Below the pieces are notes generated by a model. The model was not told where the DNA came from and ran no database searches. It saw only the letters and a program-made list of their open reading frames with translations. The translations under genes and the position numbers were made by a program. Shown here piece by piece: positions 48,740 through 58,440 of a stretch of DNA of 64,000 bases (the first letter of the stretch is position 1; every line of letters begins with the position of its first letter). Source of the stretch: an uncultured Candidatus Saccharibacteria bacterium (GTDB taxonomy: Bacteria > Patescibacteriota > Minisyncoccia > Phycocordibacterales > UBA918); the NCBI GenBank assembly GCA_964399295.1, contig CAYNQD010000001.1, forward strand, positions 463,672-527,671, written 5' to 3'.

Positions 48740-49351
48740 TCAACTAATGCCCAATTCCGCAAATACTCGCTTGTATTGCTTGATAGTATCTTCAGCCAAA
48801 CGGCGCGTAAGGACGAAGTCGGCGCTGCCGTGAGCGATTTGGTTGCGCACTTTATGTGCCTGCCAGGCATCATCGAGGTAAACCAATTGCGAAGGACCAA
48901 CGCTACGCAAGCGTTCACCCAGCGAAACACCGCCAAAACCGGCCTTTTTTAGAGCCTCGTCCAAAACTATATCCGCTTCAATAATGGCCAGCTTCCAGTC
49001 GTTGGGACTGTCGGAAACTATGTGTTTTTCTATGTCGTTAAGACGATTGTTTTTGGGGCCGCTTCGGAATTTTTCGTCGTAGATGCGTTCACGGTTTTTT
49101 ATAATCTCTTTTTGCAAGTTGGTTAACTGTCTTTTTTGGCTTGAAGCGTAAGTAAAAAGAAGAAGCATACCCACGACAAAAAGAAACGCCAGCAAGACAT
49201 AGACCATCCAGATAGTATTGAGAAAACCCAGCACTTTCCCTAAGATAAGATTATCGCCCACAAAATTAGACAAAGGTGAAAAGACATCAAAGCCCACAGG
49301 ACTTAAGCCGGTGTTTTCAGCGGTGGTGGTTGTGTTGTTGAATGGCTCCAT
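48740..49351 (-). CDS. hypothetical membrane-anchored protein with C-terminal Rx4HG (HEPN-like) motif
   Basis: One TM helix; C-terminal HKVRNQIAHGS fits the R-x(4-6)-H HEPN-type motif. Tentative. Confidence 0.4.
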   Translation of the reverse strand: MEPFNNTTTTAENTGLSPVGFDVFSPLSNFVGDNLILGKVLGFLNTIWMVYVLLAFLFVVGMLLLFTYASSQKRQLTNLQKEIIKNRERIYDEKFRSGPKNNRLNDIEKHIVSDSPNDWKLAIIEADIVLDEALKKAGFGGVSLGERLRSVGPSQLVYLDDAWQAHKVRNQIAHGSADFVLTRRLAEDTIKQYKRVFAELGIS

Positions 49352-49363
49352 GCGTGACCAATT

Positions 49364-50779
49364 TTATAGACGCTCATCGTACAGTCTTTTACCAATATCA
49401 AACAGACGCGCGTCCCCACCATGTGGTGCTATATATTGTACCCCAACCGGCAACAACATACCCTCCCTTTCAACTGCTTCCATGGGGAATGAAATAGCGG
49501 GCACGCCTGCCAGATTGACCGGTACGGTAAAAATATCTTCACGGTACATGGCTAGGGGATTTGATTTTTCACCAAATTTAAAAGCCGGCGCTGGCGTGGT
49601 GGGAGTGACAATAGCATCCACTTGCTTGAAGACATTGCTTAGCTCAAGACGCATTTTGCTTCTCACCAATTCCGCCTTGCTATAATAAGCGTCGTAATAA
49701 CCAGAAGACAAAACATAAGTACCAAGCAAAATCCGCCGCTTGACCTCATTACCAAAGCCTTTAGCTCGGCTCTTTTGGTAGACATCAAGCAGGTTGTCGC
49801 CATCTACGGACAGGCCGTATCTGATGCCGTCAAAACGAGCCAGATTGGAGGAAACTTCTGCCGGCATGACTATGTAGTAGGCGGCGAGGCCTTTTTCAAA
49901 TAAAGGTAATTCTATCTCCACAATTTTGTGCCCAAAAGATTTTAAAACCTCCAAGTGATTATTGAAATTTTCCAAAACGTCACTGTCGATTCCATCAGCT
50001 AGCAAATGCCGCGGTACGCCAAAAGTATAACTTTTTTTATTTGGTATCTCACCGTAGGTATCAGGAGCGATAGTGGTTGCGTCTTTGGGATCAAGGCCGG
50101 ACATAACGGTATGCAGTAGCTCTGCGTCGGCTACGGTGTTGGTCAGAGGGCCGGCCTGATCGAGCGACGAACCCATGGCAATCAGCCCATAGCGAGATAC
50201 GGCTCCGTAGGTAGGCTTGAATCCGACCAAACCACAATAACTGGCTGGCTGGCGAATCGAGCCGCCAGTGTCCGTGCCAATCGCCGCCGGCACGACTCCC
50301 AGAGCGACCGCCGCCGCCGAGCCGCCGGAAGAACCACCCGGAACTCGTCTTTTATCAATCGGGTTTTTGGTTGTTCCAAAAAAAGAACTTTCGGTGGAGC
50401 TACCCATGGCAAACTCGTCCATATTGGTCGCTCCGACAATGATAGCGCCGGCGGCTTTGAGTCTGGAAATAATCGTAGCGTCATAAACAGCCGTGTATGA
50501 CTCCAGCATTTTTGAACCGGCGGTGGCTTTTTTACCTTTTATTAGAATATTATTTTTTATCGCCAAAGGCACTCCCAGCAAAGGCGGTGCTTTTTCGCCT
50601 TCTTTTTCAAATTTCTCAGTGGCGGCTATCGCCTCTGTTTTAACATTATCATAAACCGCTAAGAAAGAATTTATCTCCTTGTCTTTCTCATGAATATCAA
50701 GCAGGGTTTGGTCAATCAACTTTTCCGGTGTCAAAGTGCCAGCTAGAAATTTTTTTCGTAATTCAGTAATGGTAAGCAT
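49364..50779 (-). CDS. gatA: Glu-tRNA(Gln)/Asp-tRNA(Asn) amidotransferase subunit A
   Basis: Amidase signature (GGSSGGSAAAVA; Ser-cisSer-Lys region). Confidence 0.9.
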   Translation of the reverse strand: MLTITELRKKFLAGTLTPEKLIDQTLLDIHEKDKEINSFLAVYDNVKTEAIAATEKFEKEGEKAPPLLGVPLAIKNNILIKGKKATAGSKMLESYTAVYDATIISRLKAAGAIIVGATNMDEFAMGSSTESSFFGTTKNPIDKRRVPGGSSGGSAAAVALGVVPAAIGTDTGGSIRQPASYCGLVGFKPTYGAVSRYGLIAMGSSLDQAGPLTNTVADAELLHTVMSGLDPKDATTIAPDTYGEIPNKKSYTFGVPRHLLADGIDSDVLENFNNHLEVLKSFGHKIVEIELPLFEKGLAAYYIVMPAEVSSNLARFDGIRYGLSVDGDNLLDVYQKSRAKGFGNEVKRRILLGTYVLSSGYYDAYYSKAELVRSKMRLELSNVFKQVDAIVTPTTPAPAFKFGEKSNPLAMYREDIFTVPVNLAGVPAISFPMEAVEREGMLLPVGVQYIAPHGGDARLFDIGKRLYDERL

Positions 50780-50784
50780 AATTC

Positions 50785-51090
50785 TTATTCGGTATCAGTT
50801 TTTAATATTTTCTTCACCTCCAAAAAACGGCCGCGTCGGTGGGGCATTTCGTTTAAAATATCTTCGGTATAGCTGTCGGGTAAATTGGTGGCCACATCAT
50901 CACGAAAAACGTTGTGCCTAATACCAACCGCCGGTGACGCCAATTTATCCTGATCTTCATCGACAATACTTTGGATTGTTCCCACGTATTCCAAAATATC
51001 GGATATTTCCACAGCAAACGCCGCCTGCTCTTTTTCTGACAGCTCAATTCTGGCCAAACTACTTAAGTGAATTATGTCTTCTTTGTTCAT
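50785..51090 (-). CDS. gatC: Glu-tRNA(Gln) amidotransferase subunit C
   Basis: MNKEDIIHLSSLARIELSEKEQAAF, typical GatC; directly upstream of gatA. Confidence 0.75.
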   Translation of the reverse strand: MNKEDIIHLSSLARIELSEKEQAAFAVEISDILEYVGTIQSIVDEDQDKLASPAVGIRHNVFRDDVATNLPDSYTEDILNEMPHRRGRFLEVKKILKTDTE

Positions 51091-51117
51091 ATTCGCATAA
51101 TAGCATTTTAAAATTAA

Positions 51118-53136
51118 TCATGCCACGAGGGAAAGAAACTCCGCTTCCGACAGGATTTTTACCCCCAGCTTTTCCGCTTGCTTGGCTTTGCTGCCGGCTT
51201 CTACTCCCACCACGACGTAATCGGTTTTTTTGGAGACCGAACTCGAAACCGTCCCGCCCAATTTCCTAACCAAAGCTTGCGCATCGTCGCGGGTGAATTT
51301 GGTCAAAGTGCCGGTAAAAACAAAGGATTTATTTTGCAGGAGATTACTAACAGAAACTTTATCATTGGTAATTTCTAGGTGTGGCAATAATTTTTTTAGC
51401 AAAATCTGCTCTTTGGAATCGGCTTGCCAAGCGACTATTTTTTTGGCAATCACTTCACCGATACCGTCTATCGCCACCAAATCTTCATATTGAGCTTGCA
51501 AAAACAAATCAATCGTCGAGAAATTTTTTGCTAGCAGATACGCGGTCTCCTCACCGACATGCTCAACGGAAAGACCAATCAAAAGCCGAGCCAGAGAAAC
51601 CGTTTTGGCTTTTTGAATGGCTGCAAAAGCGTTTTGGGCGGCTTTTTCTTTAAAACCATCGAGAGTTAAAAATTGCTCGACAGTCAAGGTAAACAAATCG
51701 GCCACATCACTGATGAGGTTTTTCTCAAGTAAAGCGTCAATGATGCGTGGGCCGACGCCGTCGATATTAAAAGCGTTTTTTGAGACAAAATAATACAGGC
51801 GTTGACGATGCAGAAAGTCTGAATCGAGAAATACGCAACGATAAGCCGAAGTGCCGGCGATACGCTCAATCGAACCATCGCCGCCGCAACCAAACACTTT
51901 TTTGGGAAAATTATACTTTCGGCTGTTTTTAGGTCTGAGAGGCTTTAAGACCATGACCACTTCAGGTATAACGTCGCCGGCTTTGCGAACGATGACAGTG
52001 TCTCCCACCCTTACATCCAAGCGTTTTATCTGATCTTCATTATGCAAAGTGGCTCTGGCCACAGTCGAGCCATCTATCAGCACCGGCCGCAAATGCGCCA
52101 CCGGCGTGACCACTCCGGTTCTTCCGACTTGTAACTCTATATTTTCAATCACGGTCGTGGTCTCCACGGCCGGAAATTTGTAGGCTACGCCAAACCTGGG
52201 CGACTTGGCGGTGTAGCCGGCGGTTTCTTGTATTTTTATAGCATTAACTTTCAGCACGATTCCGTCCACTCCATAATTGAGAGTATGGTGATTATTTTTC
52301 CATTCCTGATAATATTGCTCCACTTCCGGCAAAGACCGGCAAAGCTGGGGATGGGGATTGACCGGTAGCTTTAGTTTTTTTAGAAGTTGTAATTCTTCCC
52401 ACTGGGTTTGAGGGGCGGGAAGCTTTGCTTCCCGCCCCTCAAACCGATCCACATCATACACAAACAACGACAAATTCCTCTGCCTAGCCACCTCCGGATC
52501 AAGTTGCCTAAGCGAACCAGCCGCGGCGTTGCGCGGATTAGCCAAAATATTTTTTCCTAACTTCTTTTGCGTGTCATTTATTTTTTCAAATTCAGCCTGC
52601 CCCAGCCACACCTCGCCGGCACAAATCAAGTCGATCGGATATTTAAGCCGCGAAGGCAGGCTTTTAATCGTCCGCGCGCTGTGGGTGACATCTTCCCCTA
52701 CTTCACCATCGCCTCGTGTCAAAGCCCGAAAAAACTCCCCCTTTCTGTATTCAATCACCAGCTTCAAGCCGTCGATCTTGTGCTCGGTCACGTAGTCGAT
52801 ATTATCCACCACCAATCCCTGCTTACTTATATATCTACGCAAACGCTCCTCCCAAGCGGTCAATTCCGCAAAATCAAAAACATTATCAAAAGACCATTGC
52901 GGCACAGCGTGCCTAACCTTGGCAAAAGCGTTGCTGACATCCCCACCCACCCTCTCTGTAACCGTGCTTTTTTTACCCTCAATTTTTTGCTCCAACACCG
53001 CCAATTCCACCAATAAAGCATCATAAGCCTGATCGGATATTTCAGGATTATCCTCGGTATGATATTTTTCTTGGTGATACGCCACCAAGCTACGCAGTTC
53101 TTTCAAATACTGACGGCTATCGGAATTTTTTTTCAT
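51118..53136 (-). CDS. ligA: NAD-dependent DNA ligase
   Basis: Adenylation motif KxDG (EHKIDGLKLVIEY), OB and Zn-finger (CGGDGSIERIAGTSAYRC), HhH and C-terminal BRCT. Confidence 0.9.
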   Translation of the reverse strand: MKKNSDSRQYLKELRSLVAYHQEKYHTEDNPEISDQAYDALLVELAVLEQKIEGKKSTVTERVGGDVSNAFAKVRHAVPQWSFDNVFDFAELTAWEERLRRYISKQGLVVDNIDYVTEHKIDGLKLVIEYRKGEFFRALTRGDGEVGEDVTHSARTIKSLPSRLKYPIDLICAGEVWLGQAEFEKINDTQKKLGKNILANPRNAAAGSLRQLDPEVARQRNLSLFVYDVDRFEGREAKLPAPQTQWEELQLLKKLKLPVNPHPQLCRSLPEVEQYYQEWKNNHHTLNYGVDGIVLKVNAIKIQETAGYTAKSPRFGVAYKFPAVETTTVIENIELQVGRTGVVTPVAHLRPVLIDGSTVARATLHNEDQIKRLDVRVGDTVIVRKAGDVIPEVVMVLKPLRPKNSRKYNFPKKVFGCGGDGSIERIAGTSAYRCVFLDSDFLHRQRLYYFVSKNAFNIDGVGPRIIDALLEKNLISDVADLFTLTVEQFLTLDGFKEKAAQNAFAAIQKAKTVSLARLLIGLSVEHVGEETAYLLAKNFSTIDLFLQAQYEDLVAIDGIGEVIAKKIVAWQADSKEQILLKKLLPHLEITNDKVSVSNLLQNKSFVFTGTLTKFTRDDAQALVRKLGGTVSSSVSKKTDYVVVGVEAGSKAKQAEKLGVKILSEAEFLSLVA

Positions 53137-53138
53137 AA

Positions 53139-53714
53139 TTAGGATTCTAGCAAAACTTCACGCTGAATAGTACCGGCACTTCCAATACTGCCACAGGATT
53201 TATTGTATCCTTGGACAGAAATAATCGTACATCGTCCGCCAGGCTCGCAGGTTTTTGTCGACCCACCAGAATAGCCTGGTAAAATTGTCTGCATGTTGCC
53301 TATCTCAACCCCAGACGAATTGTTGTCGGAATTAAGCAAGACCATAGCCACCCTTGAGCAACGCTCGGCTCCAACACCACCCCAACTAAACTCAAAATCA
53401 TAACGGTGAGCGTCACCTTCCAAGACTGCTACAGGGTCTGAGCTTTTCATAATATTATCACCAAAACATTCAAAAATTACAGTATTCCCATCCTCCAACT
53501 CTTGAAATTCCTTCAACCGCCAGTACTGCGCGCATTCCAGTCCGGCATTGGCGGCATGAAAAGCGATTTCAGAATCTTTGGAATTGGTCGATAAGCTGAG
53601 CTGCTTGATGGTGAGATCTAAAATGGTCAAACCAACCGACACCACCACCCCCACCACAATGAGCGATATAAGTAAGGCAAAACCTGATGTTTGTTGATTT
53701 TTAGTTGTTATCAT
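53139..53714 (-). CDS. pseudopilin-like protein (prepilin-type N-terminal hydrophobic helix without Glu5)
   Basis: N-terminus ..TSGFALLISLIVVGVVV; last gene of the minor-pilin run. Confidence 0.45.
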   Translation of the reverse strand: MITTKNQQTSGFALLISLIVVGVVVSVGLTILDLTIKQLSLSTNSKDSEIAFHAANAGLECAQYWRLKEFQELEDGNTVIFECFGDNIMKSSDPVAVLEGDAHRYDFEFSWGGVGAERCSRVAMVLLNSDNNSSGVEIGNMQTILPGYSGGSTKTCEPGGRCTIISVQGYNKSCGSIGSAGTIQREVLLES

Positions 53715-54315
53715 AGGTATTAAATAAATAGGTTTCTATCTCAACTCTTTGCTCGGCTATCAGGGAGCCGGTGCGCCAAGTCACAACTGAACGTACCATA
53801 ACTTCTCTTTCCTCAGCGCCAGAAGGAATGGAAAAATACACCCGACGCGTGAACGGAGTGGGGGTATTGCCAGCGGCAGTGTGAGTAAACCAAGACCTCT
53901 CACTATTATTAGGACGTTGACGCAAGAGACAAGGAGAGTTCACCCCACTACAAGAGACTGGTGTTTTCAACTTTCCGTTATTAACATTAGAATCCCACTC
54001 CAAACCGCAACCAGAGGAGCCAAAACAAGCTGAATAAATTCCACCGGAATTTTGTTTAAATTTGGACCAAGGATCATCAAAGCCAACTGGATTGTGAATA
54101 TTTTGCAACTGTAATTCATTTCTGGCTTTCTGCGCCAACTCAATACCCTCCTGTGCCAGAAAAAAGGCTTGTATTTGCTCAGTGGCAAAGGTGGAACTTT
54201 TGGCGGTTTTGGAAGATATAGCCATCGGTACCGTAATCACAATCAGTAAGATAGAAATCGCCACCAAAGTTTCAACCAAAGAAAAACCGTTTTGTTTGTG
54301 ATGAAAATGTATCAT
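53701..54315 (-). CDS. type IV minor pilin (prepilin-type N-terminal cleavage/methylation domain)
   Basis: NGFSLVETLVAISILLIV (G-F-x-x-x-E motif). Confidence 0.65.
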   Translation of the reverse strand: MIHFHHKQNGFSLVETLVAISILLIVITVPMAISSKTAKSSTFATEQIQAFFLAQEGIELAQKARNELQLQNIHNPVGFDDPWSKFKQNSGGIYSACFGSSGCGLEWDSNVNNGKLKTPVSCSGVNSPCLLRQRPNNSERSWFTHTAAGNTPTPFTRRVYFSIPSGAEEREVMVRSVVTWRTGSLIAEQRVEIETYLFNTYDNN

Positions 54316-54956
54316 ATATCCAAAATTCTTTGCGTTACCGTTGTCTGCATATTATAAACCTTACCAGTTGGATTGTCTTTTTCTTTGGCCCTTAGGTGAA
54401 TAGTGATGGTTGGCTGCTCCACATCTATATCAGCAGTATCCAGAGACTCACTGCCGGTAACAAAAAACTGCGCGTCTGTTATCTCCAAGCCAGAGGACAC
54501 AATAGATTGAGGTGTATTATCCCCAATTCGTCTAAATAATTTGTTGGTGTCAGTATCGTAAAAATACAAAATACGCGAAGATCCGGAAGAACCAGTGATA
54601 CTATCTCCTCCTTCAAAAAAAGACACGCCTTGAAACCGGAAACTTGAGGTATTCCCACTGGCACAATCGCGGGTGTCTTTATCTAAATTTTCATGTTCGT
54701 TACTACTACCATAAAAAACACCCCCTGAGCTGGCGCTGTCACAATAATAATAATACCCCGTTCTCATTTCCCTGGTCATGCTGTCCATCGCGAAAGCCAA
54801 GGTGGTCATGATGCTTTGTTCGGCTTGAAGCTGTCTGTTGGTAGCGATAACCGCTAGCAAAGCTCCCACCGCGATAGTCACCACCACCGCGAACACTCCC
54901 AAAGACACGATCATTTCAATCAAAGAGAAGCCGGATTGTCTTTTTTTTATAAACAT
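54312..54956 (-). CDS. type IV minor pilin
   Basis: SGFSLIEMIVSLGVFAVVV. Confidence 0.65.
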   Translation of the reverse strand: MFIKKRQSGFSLIEMIVSLGVFAVVVTIAVGALLAVIATNRQLQAEQSIMTTLAFAMDSMTREMRTGYYYYCDSASSGGVFYGSSNEHENLDKDTRDCASGNTSSFRFQGVSFFEGGDSITGSSGSSRILYFYDTDTNKLFRRIGDNTPQSIVSSGLEITDAQFFVTGSESLDTADIDVEQPTITIHLRAKEKDNPTGKVYNMQTTVTQRILDI

Positions 54957-54965
54957 ACAACAATT

Positions 54966-55568
54966 TTATTTTACCGAAATTTGACCAGTACGAGTAATTT
55001 CAACTGTGCGTTTGTCAGCCGCCGCTCCTCGCAGACAAATATCTATTTCCGCAGCTACTGTATCAGTATCCCAAGCGCCTGATGACTCATGGAAAAGCGC
55101 GTCGAAATTTGGTCTTTCAAAAGTTATCGACATGGCATCAGGTGTGTATTTAACATCACCGTTTCCATCTACACCTCTAATATCGCAAATTTCAAAACGC
55201 GGATCTAAAACCCCTTGCCGACCAAATTCTTCACCCGAGTTAAAATAATTATTACCGTTTATATCTCTAAACAGAGAGTATTTTTGGTTGGCTCCTGACT
55301 TAGAAAAATGAAGGCCGTAAACATTGCGGAAATCTGTCGATTCACCAATTGCTCCCACCGCGAAAAGCTGTATCTCCCGAGCTTGAAAAGCTACTTCGTA
55401 AGCCTGGCTTTGTAGCAAGACCGCGCTGTTGAAAGCGCTGTGCCTAGCCAAAATAACGCTCATCACAATCACCAAAATACTGATGCTCACCAAAAGCTCC
55501 ACCAAACCAAAACCGCTGTTTTTTAAATGGCGACCAATCCGCACGTAGTGATAATTATTTTGGAACAT
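54966..55568 (-). CDS. type IV minor pilin
   Basis: SGFGLVELLVSISILVIV. Confidence 0.65.
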   Translation of the reverse strand: MFQNNYHYVRIGRHLKNSGFGLVELLVSISILVIVMSVILARHSAFNSAVLLQSQAYEVAFQAREIQLFAVGAIGESTDFRNVYGLHFSKSGANQKYSLFRDINGNNYFNSGEEFGRQGVLDPRFEICDIRGVDGNGDVKYTPDAMSITFERPNFDALFHESSGAWDTDTVAAEIDICLRGAAADKRTVEITRTGQISVK

Positions 55569-56394
55569 AGCTTACTAATTTGATGACATCAATCGCAAAG
55601 AAAAAAACCGTGAGAAAACCAAGAATCAGAAAGGGCGCAAATGGCACCGCACTCTTAATTGTAAGCTCTGTTGGCAAGAAACGTAAGCGTGGTTGTCCAC
55701 GTTTTTTCAATGACTGCAAACCAAGAAGAGCCAGCCCCGCCACGGCTCCAATCCAAAATGACCACACCAAAAGTGAAAACACCCAAGCCTGACCAACAAA
55801 AATCCCCAGCGGAAAAACCAACTTCACATCGCCAAAGCCAATCCACCGCCCATCTGATATTCGCCACAGTAAAAAAAGAAACAACGCGCCAAAAAAAGCG
55901 GATCCTAAATTCCAAAAGAAAGTGGAAATTTCCAAACCCAGCCAAAGCAAATAAAATTGTTGCCCCATAGCCAAAACCAAAAGCGCAAAAACTAATTTAT
56001 CGGGAATAATGAGGTGATACAAATCATAAACCGCGATCACCACCAAAACCGCCACAACCGCCCAGAAAAGAAAAATCAAAAACAAATCAGCCAAACACCA
56101 AGCCACCCCAACAAACAAAAGCCCCGTCAATAGCTCCACCAAAAAATAACGAACCGGGATAATCGCGCCACAGCTCCGGCATCGTCCTCTCAAAACCAAA
56201 TAAGACAGGAGTGGAATCAGCTCATAGGCCTTTAGCTTGGCATTGCAAGACAAGCAATGCGAACTACCATTTAGTGATTTGCCGGTATGCAAACGATAAA
56301 TAAAAACATTGAGAAAACTGCCAATAATCACGCCGAAAATAAAAGTAAAAAAAACCATCAAGCCGACAGGTAAATCAGAAAATATTTGTAACAT
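55555..56394 (-). CDS. pilD: prepilin peptidase (A24 family) PilD
   Basis: N-terminal Zn-binding CxxC pairs (CLSCNAKL..CRSCGAII) and eight TM helices typical of PilD. Confidence 0.8.
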   Translation of the reverse strand: MLQIFSDLPVGLMVFFTFIFGVIIGSFLNVFIYRLHTGKSLNGSSHCLSCNAKLKAYELIPLLSYLVLRGRCRSCGAIIPVRYFLVELLTGLLFVGVAWCLADLFLIFLFWAVVAVLVVIAVYDLYHLIIPDKLVFALLVLAMGQQFYLLWLGLEISTFFWNLGSAFFGALFLFLLWRISDGRWIGFGDVKLVFPLGIFVGQAWVFSLLVWSFWIGAVAGLALLGLQSLKKRGQPRLRFLPTELTIKSAVPFAPFLILGFLTVFFFAIDVIKLVSYVPK

Positions 56395-56415
56395 GACACA
56401 CTAGTATAACACTGC

Positions 56416-56485
56416 ATCAATGTTCAGTCGTGGTTTTACCCTTATCGAACTTCTTGTTGTAATCGCTATTATTGGTATTTTGGCG
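56416..56485 (+). repeat. 70-bp inverted-repeat copy 1: duplicate of the pilA 5-prime coding end on the opposite strand; opens a 29-aa pilin N-terminal fragment ORF (MFSRGFTLIELLVVIAIIGILAFAGPVIHV, 56420..56509)
   Basis: 70/70 identity to the reverse complement of 56941..57010. Confidence 0.85.
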
Positions 56486-56564
56486 TTTGCTGGGCCGGTG
56501 ATACATGTAGCATTGTCGCTGGTACGGATGTTCTTTGTAACTAATTTATAATTTAACCCTAAAA

Positions 56565-56590
56565 ACAAAAAACCGCCGAGGCGGTTTTTT
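56565..56590 (-). terminator. rho-independent terminator of pilA (aaaaaaccgccgaggcggtttttt)
   Basis: Perfect GC hairpin flanked by A/T runs immediately after the pilA stop. Confidence 0.75.
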
Positions 56591-56610
56591 TGTTTTAATA
56601 ATAAGTATTA

Positions 56611-57018
56611 TTATGGACAAACAGTAGCATCTGCACCCTTGCTGGCAGATCTTTCTCCTGAAACTCCTGTGCTATCAACACAGAAATAGTTACCATTTCT
56701 TAACTGTATTTCAGCAGCATACTCTGTAGCAGCAGAATCACAATCCGCAGTGTTTCCTGTCTGTGCGCCAGCAGCTGTCAGAAGTCCCGCGACCTTGGTA
56801 TCTGCACAAACGCCGGTATAAACAAAGTTTGTATTGTTATAAAAGATTTCGGCTTGACTGCGAAGATTATTCATAGACGTTTTTGCTGACGCGTCTGAGC
56901 CACTGTCTCGAGCATCATTCAAAGAAGCCAGCACTACAGCCGCCAAAATACCAATAATAGCGATTACAACAAGAAGTTCGATAAGGGTAAAACCACGACT
57001 GAACATTGATTTTTTCAT
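56611..57018 (-). CDS. pilA: type IV major pilin
   Basis: MKKSMFSRGFTLIELLVVIAIIGILAAVV class III signal peptide; C-terminal Cys pair. Confidence 0.85.
   Translation of the reverse strand: MKKSMFSRGFTLIELLVVIAIIGILAAVVLASLNDARDSGSDASAKTSMNNLRSQAEIFYNNTNFVYTGVCADTKVAGLLTAAGAQTGNTADCDSAATEYAAEIQLRNGNYFCVDSTGVSGERSASKGADATVCP
56941..57010 (-). repeat. 70-bp inverted-repeat copy 2 (pilA 5-prime coding end)
   Basis: Perfect inverted partner of 56416..56485. Confidence 0.85.
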
Positions 57019-57212
57019 AGATTTTGTTAAATGAATTATTAAATTAATTAATACCTGTACTTAATGATTCAGATATCAGCTGTGTACCTGAATGAATTAG
57101 GGTAAGGTTGGCCTACGCTTTGCGTTGAGCTCACCTTTCATTATACAAACTTTATCAACTTAATAATTCGGCTTTTGTGGATAAAGAATGGGCTGATTAT
57201 TCGGCCGTCTGA

Positions 57213-58430
57213 TTAAAACGCATTAGTCAATCCATAAATCGGCATCAGTACTGAAGCCAGAAGTACGCCCACGCCAAGACCAAGAAGCACTATCATTAGA
57301 GGTTCGATTAGTCCGATGAGGGTATCGACAGCGTTGTTTACCTCACGACGATAGAAGTTGGCCAGAGTTTGCAGAATTTCCGACAAGCTACCTGTCTCCT
57401 CACCCACCTTTACCATCTGGGTCAAAACTCCGGGGATTTCTGGATACTCGGAAATAGCGTCGCCGAAAGAGCGCCCACTTTTGACTTCAAAAAGCGCTTC
57501 TTCGATAATTTCACGGTAGACCATGTTGTCTACCACATCGGAAGTCACTTCGAGCGCCTGCACCATGGAGATACCGCGCTCTAGCATAGTGGCGAGGTTG
57601 TCGCATATCCTGGTTAGGAGAAGTTTGCGTTGCAGGTCTCCCAAAATAGGGACGGAAATAAGAAACTCATCGAAAGTTCTTCTGCCAACATCAGTGTGAA
57701 TAAACCGCCACAAAAATACCCCACCCACTGCAAGCGCGATCAAAATTATGCCGATATAATCAACCATAAAATCAGAAATCCCGATGACGATTTTGGTGTA
57801 AATAGGCAACTCCTGTCCGGAAGCGGTCAAAATATCGGCAATCTTTGGGATTACCATGGTGAGCATAAGGCTCATTACCGCGATAAAAATTCCCACAACG
57901 AAAATCGGGTAGACCAGAGCGTTGCGAGTCTTGGAGATAATCTCGTAAGAACGATCCAGGTAATCCGCCAAATAATCGAAAGATTTTTCCAGTGATCCAG
58001 ATTCTTCACCTGAGCGCACTAGGTTTATGTAAAAACTGGAAAAAATTTGCGGGTGCGCTGACATGGCCTTGGAGATGGAATTTCCACCCTGCAAATCCTC
58101 CACGATATTATTCATGACTGACTTTAGTTGAGGATTTTCTATTTCTACCGATAGTAGCCGGAAGATACGCAGTGGCGACACATGGGCTTGAAAAAGAGTA
58201 GCTATCTGCCTGGATAAAATAACAATTTCTTTGTTGGAGACAGAATTAAAAAGGTTAAATTGAACATTAACCAAGCTCTTCAGGCCACTGCTTTGCTCCA
58301 CCGGATCAATTGAAACCACGGTGTAACCACGTTTTTGAATAGCCGTGATAGCGGCGTCAATCGTAATCGCTTCTACCGTTCCCTCACGTTGAACATTGGT
58401 ATTATCGACAGCTACGTAGTTGAAAAGCAT
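57213..58430 (-). CDS. pilC: type IV pilus inner-membrane platform protein PilC (GspF family)
   Basis: Two GspF repeats, three TM segments. Confidence 0.8.
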   Translation of the reverse strand: MLFNYVAVDNTNVQREGTVEAITIDAAITAIQKRGYTVVSIDPVEQSSGLKSLVNVQFNLFNSVSNKEIVILSRQIATLFQAHVSPLRIFRLLSVEIENPQLKSVMNNIVEDLQGGNSISKAMSAHPQIFSSFYINLVRSGEESGSLEKSFDYLADYLDRSYEIISKTRNALVYPIFVVGIFIAVMSLMLTMVIPKIADILTASGQELPIYTKIVIGISDFMVDYIGIILIALAVGGVFLWRFIHTDVGRRTFDEFLISVPILGDLQRKLLLTRICDNLATMLERGISMVQALEVTSDVVDNMVYREIIEEALFEVKSGRSFGDAISEYPEIPGVLTQMVKVGEETGSLSEILQTLANFYRREVNNAVDTLIGLIEPLMIVLLGLGVGVLLASVLMPIYGLTNAF

Positions 58431-58440
58431 ATTGTTAAAT

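Noticed and set aside
57120-57150. Candidate sigma-70 promoter (extended -10 tgTATAAT on the minus strand) upstream of pilA
   Set aside because: The -10 is convincing, but no acceptable -35 at 16-18 bp spacing could be identified; left as a note rather than a feature.
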